From the NCBI GenBank assembly GCA_035519495.1, contig DATIWE010000074.1, forward strand, positions 12,323 through 76,322: a DNA stretch of 64,000 nt. Direction: 5' to 3'. Below are positions 48,472 to 55,999 of this stretch, in pieces; positions within the stretch are counted from its first letter, which is position 1, and every line of letters starts with the position of its first letter. The notes below the pieces were generated by a model, which was not told the origin of the DNA, searched no databases, and worked only from the letters and a program-made list of their open reading frames with translations. The stretch comes from Actinomycetota bacterium. GTDB taxonomy: Bacteria; Actinomycetota; UBA4738; HRBIN12. Position numbers and translations under genes: made by a program.

Positions 48472-49128
48472 ATGCTCATCGAGAACGAGTTCACCGTGAA
48501 ACGCCCGGTCGACGAGGTCTGGTCCTACCTCCTCGACGTCGAGAGGATCGCGCCCTGCATGCCGGGCGCCGAGCTGACCGAGACGATCGACGACCACACG
48601 TGGAACGGCAAGGTCAACATGGCGTTCGGTCCGGTGAAGATGGCCTTCGCCGGATCCGTGTCGATGGAGGAACGCGACGACGCCGCGCACCGGGTCGCGC
48701 TGAAGGCCAAGGGCACCGAGCAGAAGGGCAAGGGGGCCGCGAACGCGACGGTCACCTCGTGGCTCGAGCCGATCGACGGCGGGACGAAGGTGTCGATGCA
48801 GGCCGACATCACGCTCACCGGCGCGGCCGCGCAGATGTCTCGCGGCCTCTTGCCCGAGGTCTCGAGGCGGCTGACGCAGCAGTTCGCCGACTGCCTCGAA
48901 GAGAGCCTCGCCGCGAACGCGTCGCCCGCCGCTGCATCGCCGGCGGGTGCCTCGGCGCCGACCGACGGCGTCGCGGCATCCTCCGAGGCGGCCGCCGCGC
49001 AGAAGCCCGGGGCTCCCGTTGCCGCGAAGCCAGTCGGCGGCATCCGCCTCGGCCTCGCCGCGATCTGGTCGATGATCGCCGGGTTCTTCCGCAAGCTCTT
49101 CGGCGGAGGCGCGAAAGAAGCCTCGTGA
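48472..49128 (+). CDS. coxG: SRPBCC-fold CoxG family protein with Ala/Pro linker and C-terminal hydrophobic tail
   Basis: 218 aa. The CoxG-like N-terminal 150 aa begin FTVKRPVDEVWSYLLDVERIAPCMPGA, followed by a low-complexity linker and the tail GIRLGLAAIWSMIAGFFRKLF. Confidence 0.75.
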   Translation: MLIENEFTVKRPVDEVWSYLLDVERIAPCMPGAELTETIDDHTWNGKVNMAFGPVKMAFAGSVSMEERDDAAHRVALKAKGTEQKGKGAANATVTSWLEPIDGGTKVSMQADITLTGAAAQMSRGLLPEVSRRLTQQFADCLEESLAANASPAAASPAGASAPTDGVAASSEAAAAQKPGAPVAAKPVGGIRLGLAAIWSMIAGFFRKLFGGGAKEAS

Positions 49129-49685
49129 TCTCCGGCATCGTCCTGGCGGCCGGGACCGGGTCGCGGTTCGGCGCCACCAAGCAACTCGTCGAGGTCGACG
49201 GACGCCCGCTGTTCCTGCACGCGATCGACGCGCTCCGGGACGCGGGCGTCGGCGAGCTGATCCTGGTCACGGGACATGACGCGGAGGCGGTCGAGGCGGC
49301 GGCCCCTCCGGACGTTGCGGTCGTGCGGAACGCCGCGTTCCGAGACGGGCAGTCGACGTCGCTCGCGGCGGCGCTACACGCGGTCGCCGATGACAGCGAG
49401 GGCGCCGTGGTCCTCATGGCCGACCAGCCCGGCGTTCGCGCCGACGACGTCCGGGCCTTGACCGCGCGGTTCCGCGCCGAGAACGCCAGGATCGTCCGGC
49501 TCCGCTACGCCGATGGGCCGGGGCCGGCGCTGCTCTCCCGCGAGATCTACGCCGAAGCCGGCCACCTCCACGGCGACGCCGGCGCGCGCCTGCTCATGGC
49601 CTCGCACCCGGACTGGGTGGACGAGGTGCCGATCGATCGCCCGAGGCCGCCCGACGTGGATACCCCGGACGACCTCCCCCGATGA
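49125..49685 (+). CDS. MobA-like nucleotidyltransferase (molybdenum cofactor cytidylyltransferase MocA-like)
   Basis: GTG overlaps the coxG stop (GTGA). GIVLAAGTGSRFG..K and LMADQP. Confidence 0.8.
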   Translation: MISGIVLAAGTGSRFGATKQLVEVDGRPLFLHAIDALRDAGVGELILVTGHDAEAVEAAAPPDVAVVRNAAFRDGQSTSLAAALHAVADDSEGAVVLMADQPGVRADDVRALTARFRAENARIVRLRYADGPGPALLSREIYAEAGHLHGDAGARLLMASHPDWVDEVPIDRPRPPDVDTPDDLPR

Positions 49686-49736
49686 GCCGCCGTGCTGACT
49701 ACGCTTCAGCGAACCGGACCGCAGGAGGGGATCGTC

Positions 49737-49916
49737 ATGCTCGGGGCACTGTTGATAGGGCTCGTCGTGTTCCTGGTCGCGACGTTCCCGGCCACGTGGC
49801 TGCTCATGTTGTTCCTCGGCAACGTGGGCGTGGGAACGTCGTACTGGGGAACGCTGCCGCTCGGCGTCGTCGTGTCGATGCTGCTGGGCGCCGCGTCGAG
49901 CAGAGGGAGGGCGTGA
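49737..49916 (+). CDS. hypothetical 59-aa two-TM membrane protein
   Basis: ATG after CAGGAGGGG. MLGALLIGLVVFLVATFPATWLLMLFLGNVG. Confidence 0.5.
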   Translation: MLGALLIGLVVFLVATFPATWLLMLFLGNVGVGTSYWGTLPLGVVVSMLLGAASSRGRA

Positions 49917-49918
49917 CG

Positions 49919-50116
49919 ATGATCGCAGGCGCGATCGCTTCGTGGCTGTACTGGACCCTGGTGATCATCATCTGGATCGCTATCGCGTTCTGGCCGGCGC
50001 GGGTCGCCGCCCGCAAGGGGCACAGTTTCTTCGGGTTCTTCCTCTTCAGCTTGATCTTCTTCCCGGCCGCGCTGATCGTTGCGTACGCGGTGAAGCCACG
50101 CGTGGAGATGATGTAA
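49919..50116 (+). CDS. hypothetical 65-aa two-TM membrane protein
   Basis: ATG 49919 after AGAGGGAGG (alternative GTG 49913 overlaps the previous stop). WTLVIIIWIAIAFWPARVAARKGHSFFGFFLFSLIFFPAALIVAY. Confidence 0.55.
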   Translation: MIAGAIASWLYWTLVIIIWIAIAFWPARVAARKGHSFFGFFLFSLIFFPAALIVAYAVKPRVEMM

Positions 50117-50180
50117 GGCCGTCAGACGAAGGAGCCGGCGCGTGCCAAGAAGCACCCGCCGGCTCCGACCAGAGCTCGAG

Positions 50181-50474
50181 TCAGTTCCCCAGGATCTTCG
50201 CCTTCTCGGCTGCGAACTCCTCGTCCGTCAGCGCTCCCGAGTCATGCAGCTTCGAGAGCTTCGCGATCTGGTCGTACGGATCTTCCGCGGGTGCGGCCGG
50301 AGCCGCCGGCGCGGCCGGCTGCGCTGCCTCCGCCGGCTGAGCTGCCGCGGCGTCCTGCGAGGCGTATTTCTTCTGCTGCCGACGGGCCGTGCGGCCCGAC
50401 ACCGCGGTCGCGGTCCCCGCGACCACCGCGGTCCTCGCGGCCACCCCTACGAGACCTGGTCCTCGACGCCTCAT
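50181..50474 (-). CDS. SHOCT domain-containing protein
   Basis: 97 aa. N-terminal Gly/Ala/Arg segment GLVGVAARTAVVAGTATAVSGR, an Ala/Pro linker, and C-terminal SHOCT motif IAKLSKLHDSGALTDEEFAAEKAKIL. Confidence 0.75.
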   Translation of the reverse strand: MRRRGPGLVGVAARTAVVAGTATAVSGRTARRQQKKYASQDAAAAQPAEAAQPAAPAAPAAPAEDPYDQIAKLSKLHDSGALTDEEFAAEKAKILGN

Positions 50475-50498
50475 GGTGGGTTCCCCTTCCTCTCGAGC

Positions 50499-50927
50499 TC
50501 AGATCGACTCGGCGTACTCCACGGCAGCTTCCACGACCTCGCGAGGAACGCGCTCGAGATCCCAAAGCTCGCCGCCCGCGTTTACGATCGCGTCGGCGAT
50601 CTTCGCGGCCCAGACGTCCTCCCACACGAGGAGTGCCACCGAGCTGTTCGGCTCGAGATCCTCGGCGACGGCCATGATGTCCTCGTCGTTCAGCAGACCG
50701 CCAGACTCGCTCCCGATCAGCTCCGAGAAGGCAGCGCCGACCTCAGACTCGAGGTCCTCGACCTCCATCGCTGCGGCGTCGCCGTTCGCGTCCTTGGCCA
50801 CGAACGCGAGATCGATGATGCGGATCGTGCCCGCTTCCACCTGCTCTTTGAGCGCCGGAACGATCTCTCCTGTGAACCGGTTCCCGGGGAACGCAACGAT
50901 CATGTACTCAACAGGTCCGATACCCAT
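50499..50927 (-). CDS. DUF6325 family protein, copy A
   Basis: 142 aa. PVEYMIVAFPGNRFTGEIVPAL..GTIRIIDLAFVAKDANGD. Paralog of 58133..58591. Confidence 0.7.
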   Translation of the reverse strand: MGIGPVEYMIVAFPGNRFTGEIVPALKEQVEAGTIRIIDLAFVAKDANGDAAAMEVEDLESEVGAAFSELIGSESGGLLNDEDIMAVAEDLEPNSSVALLVWEDVWAAKIADAIVNAGGELWDLERVPREVVEAAVEYAESI

Positions 50928-51358
50928 GGGCTCCCTCCCTTCCGTTCCTGGTCAGATCAGCGCGAGTCTCTCACGGGCCTACCCGGACCTGCACCCCGCG
51001 ACTCCCATCATCTCGGCTCCCATCGGGACGACGCACTCGCGGGCTCGTTCAGCGAGCAAGGCCATCCCCAACGCCGCCAGGCTGCGCGCGGTGGCGACGG
51101 GGTAGGGACGGCAGGCGGGTTCGACCGCTCCGGTCGAGGCACGGTGGTCTTCCTGCTCACGTTGCCGCTCGCGGACGTCGTGCTGGTCCTCGCCGCACGA
51201 CCCGTTCCGGCCCGGCTGAGCCTCTCGCGCTCTGTCGAGCCGTCCTCCTAGCTCCACGCGCGGCGTTTCATGCGGTTCGGACGATGACGCCCTTCCGGCG
51301 CACGATCTTTGATACGTATCGAGGGCATCCGACCGTGCCCAGGGAGAGGAGGCCTGAC

Positions 51359-51775
51359 ATGTCAGGTAGGGAGCCAAGTGCCGGTGCTGTTGGCTGGATC
51401 AGCTTCGCGGGGATCTTGTTGATCATAGGAGGCTCGTTCGCGATGCTGGCCGGCTTGGCCGGGATCATCAACCCCGACGCGTTCGTGGTCACGAAGGACA
51501 ACCTCGTCAAGGTGAGCACGAGCACGTGGGGATGGTGGCACCTCGTCATCGGGGCGATCGTGTTCTTCTCGGGCTTCGGCGTGTTCACCGGTAACGTGCT
51601 CGCACGGACGATCGGCGTGATCGCCGCGATCGTCAGCATGGTCTCGGCGTTCGTATGGATGCCCATCTACCCAATCTGGGGCATCACGATCGTCGCCATC
51701 GACTTCGCCGTCATCTGGGCGCTCACGGTGCACGGCCGCGACATCCAGAAGGCCGAGCAGATGGGAGCGATGTAG
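51359..51775 (+). CDS. DUF7144 family membrane protein
   Basis: ATG after GGGAGAGGAGG. GWISFAGILLIIGG..TWGWWHLVIGAIVFFSGFGVFTG..ARTIGVIAAIVSMV..PIYPIWGITIVAIDFAVIWAL. Confidence 0.7.
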   Translation: MSGREPSAGAVGWISFAGILLIIGGSFAMLAGLAGIINPDAFVVTKDNLVKVSTSTWGWWHLVIGAIVFFSGFGVFTGNVLARTIGVIAAIVSMVSAFVWMPIYPIWGITIVAIDFAVIWALTVHGRDIQKAEQMGAM

Positions 51776-51902
51776 CGAGAGCGACTCGCAGATCGCGCGC
51801 GTCGCCCCGCCGCTCCGTCTGCCCCACTTCGGGCGGACGGAGCGGGCGGCGCTCCGGGCAACGGTCCGTCCGAAACGTGGTGGGATGGAACGGAGGGGAA
51901 CG

Positions 51903-53351
51903 ATGGCCGCGAAGATGGTCGAACATCCCAGCGTGGAGGAACGGGAAGCACGCGGCAAAGCTGCGCGCCAGCAGGTTCCCCCTTCCAGCCACACCGGGTG
52001 GGCATCGGCCGCTGATCGGCCGGACCCGGTGGCGCTCCTGGAGGAGCAGAACGCGACCCGTGAGCCCGACCTCGTGCCCGTGCGCCACGGGCGGATGATG
52101 ATCTCGCCCTTCACGTTCTACCGGGGCGCGGCGAAGATCATGGCCGCCGACCTGAGGGACACCCCACGGTCAGGGCTGACGGCCCAGCTCTGCGGCGACG
52201 CTCACCTGTCGAACTTCGGTGTGTTCGCCTCACCCGAACGGAACCTCCTCTTCGACCTGAACGACTTCGACGAGACCCTGCCAGGCCCGTTCGAGTACGA
52301 CGTGGAGCGCATGTCCGCGAGCTTCACGATCGCCGCACGCAACAATGGGTTCACGAAAGCCGAGGCCCGCGACGCGACCCTCGCCTCGGTGAACGCCTAC
52401 CGGAAGGCGATGGCGGAGTTCGCGCGGATGGGCCAGATGGACATCTGGTACGCCCACCTTTCCGAGCAGCAGCTGATGGCGGCCCTCAAGAGCTTCGCTG
52501 CTGCACAAGAGGCTGCGGATAAGAGCAAGAAGGAGAAGAAGGCGGCGAAGGGAGAGGTGAAGACCGCGAAGAAGGCCGCCCAGAAGGCGCGCACCCGCGA
52601 CAGCCTCCAGGCGCTGTCGAAACTCGGTGAGCTCGTGGACGGTCGGTACCGGATCGTGAGCCAGCCGCCGATCATCGTGCCGGCGCGCGACTTCGAGGCG
52701 GCCTACGGCATGTCGCTGGACGAGGTCCAACAGGCCGTCCACGCGCAGTTCCGCGCGTACCGGTCGACCCTGCAGGATGACCGGCGCCACTTGCTCGAGC
52801 GCTTCGAGATCATCGACATGGCTCGCAAGGTCGTGGGTGTCGGTAGCGTCGGCACGCGGGCGTTCATCATCTTGCTCCAGGGACGCGACCAGAGCGATCC
52901 GCTGTTCCTGCAAGTGAAAGAGGCGACGGCGTCGGTGCTGGAGGACCATCTGCCGAAGAGTCGCTACAAGCAGCACGGCGAGCGCGTCGTCCAGGGTCAA
53001 CGGTTGATGCAGGCCGTGAGCGATATCTATCTCGGATGGACCAGAGGTGTGCAAGACAACCGGTACCTGTATTGGCGCCAGCTCCGTGACATGAAGGGGT
53101 CGGCCGCGATCGAGTCGATGAAACCTTCTACCCTCGCGTTCTACGCTCAGCAATGCGGATGGACGCTCGCTCGTGCGCACGCTCGTTCGGGAGATCCGAT
53201 CGCGATCGCCACGTACCTCGGCAAGGGCGATGCGTTCGACCGGTCGGTCACGGACTTCTCGGAGCGGTACGCAGACCAGAACGAGCAGGACTATCAGGCG
53301 TTCGTCGGGGCGATCCGGTCCGGTCGCCTGGAAGCCGTCGAGGGCGTCTGA
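51903..53351 (+). CDS. DUF2252 domain protein (kinase-like), copy 2
   Basis: ATG 51903 after GGAGG. PFTFYRGAA, CGDAHLSNFG, LFDLNDFDE, VVGVGSVGTRAF. Has a Lys-rich insert and visibly more A/T-ending codons than copies 1 and 3. Confidence 0.85.
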   Translation: MAAKMVEHPSVEEREARGKAARQQVPPSSHTGWASAADRPDPVALLEEQNATREPDLVPVRHGRMMISPFTFYRGAAKIMAADLRDTPRSGLTAQLCGDAHLSNFGVFASPERNLLFDLNDFDETLPGPFEYDVERMSASFTIAARNNGFTKAEARDATLASVNAYRKAMAEFARMGQMDIWYAHLSEQQLMAALKSFAAAQEAADKSKKEKKAAKGEVKTAKKAAQKARTRDSLQALSKLGELVDGRYRIVSQPPIIVPARDFEAAYGMSLDEVQQAVHAQFRAYRSTLQDDRRHLLERFEIIDMARKVVGVGSVGTRAFIILLQGRDQSDPLFLQVKEATASVLEDHLPKSRYKQHGERVVQGQRLMQAVSDIYLGWTRGVQDNRYLYWRQLRDMKGSAAIESMKPSTLAFYAQQCGWTLARAHARSGDPIAIATYLGKGDAFDRSVTDFSERYADQNEQDYQAFVGAIRSGRLEAVEGV

Positions 53352-53414
53352 GGGGGAACGCCACTCGCCCGACGTCCGAACCGGATCAGGTCCGCTGCGA
53401 TGCCGACCGGCCGA

Positions 53415-54266
53415 TCACTCCGGCGGCGCCTCCAGCGGGGCGTTCGAGGGATCTGCAACATCGAGCTTCACGTCGCCCTGGGCCGCCATCTTCCCCCTGA
53501 TCCCGCCGCCCTTCCCCCGCAAGATCCAGGCGAAGCCGACGGCCACGACCCCGCCGATGAAGGGGCCCACGATGTAGACCCACCAGTCGTGGTAATTCCC
53601 ACTCACGATCATCGGGCCGAGGGAGCGCGTGGGGTTCATCGATGTTCCGCTGATCGGGGCCGACCACAGGCCCGCCAGCGCGATATACGCCCCGACCCCG
53701 ATCGCGCCGAAGACCCCGACGTTCTGGGCACCCGAGGCTGTGCCGAGGATGGTGCTCAGCAAGCCGAGGGTCAGCACCGCTTCGAAGATGAGCGCCGTCG
53801 TGGCGGTGATGCCGGGTCCGGGCTCGGTCGTTCCGAGGCCCCCGATGTTGCCGAGCGTCGCGCGGAGGAACAGCACCGCGAGGATCGAGCCGATCAGCTG
53901 CACGATGACGTAGCCCGGTACCCGCTTCCATGGGAAGTCGCCACGCATCGCGAAGGCCACGGACACGACGGGATTGAAGTGGGCGCCCGAGACGGCGCCC
54001 ATGAACAGGATCATCGCCATGACCATCAACCCCGGCGCGGTCACCCGGACGGCGAGAGGGATCTGCCCACCGCTCTGGGCGTTGACGACCGCGCCGCCTG
54101 CCGCGACGAGCACCAGGAAGAACGTGCCGATGAACTCCGAGAACAATCGCCGACCCTCGAACTTCGGGTCGTAGAAATCCTTGAGCTCGCCGCCGATCCT
54201 CCTCTCGAAGGCTTCGATGACCCCGCCGCGGGCCTCCAACGCATCGCTCGATCCTCCGTCCGCCAC
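53415..54266 (-). CDS. MIP/aquaporin family channel with non-canonical NPV / NPT boxes (NIP/AqpN-like)
   Basis: 283 aa from GTG 54264-54266, preceded by AAAGGGGGG. SGAHFNPVVSVAFA and SGTSMNPTRSLGPM. Confidence 0.8.
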   Translation of the reverse strand: MADGGSSDALEARGGVIEAFERRIGGELKDFYDPKFEGRRLFSEFIGTFFLVLVAAGGAVVNAQSGGQIPLAVRVTAPGLMVMAMILFMGAVSGAHFNPVVSVAFAMRGDFPWKRVPGYVIVQLIGSILAVLFLRATLGNIGGLGTTEPGPGITATTALIFEAVLTLGLLSTILGTASGAQNVGVFGAIGVGAYIALAGLWSAPISGTSMNPTRSLGPMIVSGNYHDWWVYIVGPFIGGVVAVGFAWILRGKGGGIRGKMAAQGDVKLDVADPSNAPLEAPPE

Positions 54267-54430
54267 GACCGCCCCCCTTTTCGTCCCGGCGACTCTATAC
54301 CCACACGCCTGGACGACGTCTGCCGCCGACGCGTACCCGAACCGTGGCCGGATATGGTACGCAGAGGGTCCTCGAACTCGAACGGGGAGCGGCCGGGAGT
54401 GAACCATCGGATGAACGGACGGCGACGGCG

Positions 54431-55972
54431 GTGGATGAGCGTGAGGTGAAGTTGGCGGCGCCGCCGGCGTTCGCGATGCCGGATCTGTCGACGGCCGCGG
54501 AAGGCCTGGGCGTTGCGCCGGCGCCGCCCGAGCGCACGACCACGACCTATCACGACACGGCCGACCTCCGGCTCGCCCGGGCCGGCGCGAGCCTGCGCTT
54601 CCGGACCGGGCAGGGCTGGACCCTGAAGCTCCCCGGCGGGGAGCGCGGCGGGCTGCTGCGACGGCCCGAGTTCCTCTTCGAGGGCGCACCGGAAGAGGTC
54701 CCCGCCCCCGCGGCGAACCTCGTGCGAGGGATCATCCGGACGGCGCCGCTGGAACGCGTGGTCCGCCTCCGCACCGTGCGGCGCCGCTCGGTCCTGATGT
54801 CCGAGGACGGCACGGGACTCCTCGAGGTCGATGACGACGAGGTCTCGATCCTCGGGCCCGGGAACCGGATCGCCGGGCGCTTCCGCGAGCTCGAGGTGGA
54901 GCTCCTCACGGACGCGCCCGACGAGTCCCTCGCCCCGGTGGTGGCCCTGCTGCGCGCGGCGGGCGCGGGTGAGCCCGATCCGACCTCGAAGTACCTGCGC
55001 GCGCTCGGCTCGCGCGGCTCGCAGCCGCCGGACCTCGTCCCGGTCCGCGTGGCGAAGAAGGCGACCGCCGCCGACGTGATCCGGGCCGCGATCGTCGAGT
55101 CGGTCATGCAGCTGCTCGCCGCGGACCCGGTCGTCCGCCTCGACGAGGACATCGAGGGGGTCCACCGGATGCGCGTGGCGAGCCGCCGCCTGCGTTCGCA
55201 CCTTCGGACGTTCGCGTCGTTCACCGACGCCGAGTGGAACGTGTCGCTCCGGGAGGAGCTCGGGTGGCTCGGCTCGACCTTGGGCAGGAACCGCGACGCG
55301 GACGTGCTCCTGGAGCGACTCCGCGCCTTGACCGCGCAGGCCCGCGAGACGACCAACGCCGACCGGCTCCTCCGGGCCCTCGAAGCGGAGCGCGACGCCG
55401 CGCACGCGGCGGTGCTCGAGGCCCTCGGGAGCGATCGCTATCCTCCGCTGCTCGACCGGCTCGTCGACGCCGCCCGAGGACCCGCCTTCACGCCCGAGGC
55501 CGACGGGCCGGCGGCCGGGCTGCTCACCCCGGTGCAGGCGCAGTGGGCATCGCTGCGCCGGCGCGTGAAGTGCTCCGCGAAGCCACCGACCGACGAGCAG
55601 CTTCACCGCATCAGGATCCACGCGAAGCGCACGCGGTACGCGGCCGAGGCCCTCCTCCCCGTCGCGCGGAAGGACGCTCGGCGGTTCGCCGCGGCGGCCG
55701 CCGACCTCCAAGGGGTCCTGGGCGAGCAGCACGACGCGATCGTGATGCGCGGCTGGCTCCGGGCGCAGGCGACCGAGCGGAGCGCCGACCGCATGACCGC
55801 CTTCGTGGCGGGCGAGCTGGCCGGACTCGAGCAGGTCCGCGCCGAGGCGGCGCGCCAGCGGTGGCGTCGACGCTACGCCCGACTGACGACGGCGAAGGAG
55901 CCCGAGCGTTGGCTGAAGCGTCGGCGGCCGGCGAGGCCGGTCGAGGACGCGGCCGCACCGACATCGGACTGA
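54431..55972 (+). CDS. CYTH and CHAD domain-containing protein
   Basis: GTG 54431 gives N-terminus (M)DEREVKL with the CYTH ExExK motif. Also FRELEVELL. CHAD helices VHRMRVASRRLRSHLRTF and LHRIRIHAKRTRYAAE. Confidence 0.8.
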   Translation: MDEREVKLAAPPAFAMPDLSTAAEGLGVAPAPPERTTTTYHDTADLRLARAGASLRFRTGQGWTLKLPGGERGGLLRRPEFLFEGAPEEVPAPAANLVRGIIRTAPLERVVRLRTVRRRSVLMSEDGTGLLEVDDDEVSILGPGNRIAGRFRELEVELLTDAPDESLAPVVALLRAAGAGEPDPTSKYLRALGSRGSQPPDLVPVRVAKKATAADVIRAAIVESVMQLLAADPVVRLDEDIEGVHRMRVASRRLRSHLRTFASFTDAEWNVSLREELGWLGSTLGRNRDADVLLERLRALTAQARETTNADRLLRALEAERDAAHAAVLEALGSDRYPPLLDRLVDAARGPAFTPEADGPAAGLLTPVQAQWASLRRRVKCSAKPPTDEQLHRIRIHAKRTRYAAEALLPVARKDARRFAAAAADLQGVLGEQHDAIVMRGWLRAQATERSADRMTAFVAGELAGLEQVRAEAARQRWRRRYARLTTAKEPERWLKRRRPARPVEDAAAPTSD

Positions 55973-55999
55973 GGTCCGACGTCCGAGCGAGGAGGAACG

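Noticed and set aside
47266-48690. Upstream 475 codons of the 661-aa ORF containing paralog P3
   Set aside because: This part is antisense to xdhC. Only the last 186 codons show the TM plus Cys-pair domain shared with P1 and P2.
50285-50345. Repetitive GCC/GCG-rich stretch resembling a tandem repeat
   Set aside because: It encodes the Ala/Pro linker (AAAQPAEAAQPAAPAAPAAPAE) of the SHOCT protein. It is low-complexity coding sequence, not a structured repeat array.
51353-51366. Perfect 14-bp palindrome CCTGACATGTCAGG spanning the DUF7144 start codon
   Set aside because: A few perfect 14-mers of this kind are expected by chance in 64 kb, and no second copy or partner site was seen.
50979-51377. 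132-aa minus-strand ORF in the long intergenic spacer
   Set aside because: It has mixed codon quality, no RBS or family motif, and overlaps the DUF7144 start. It is kept only as a caveat in the spacer finding.
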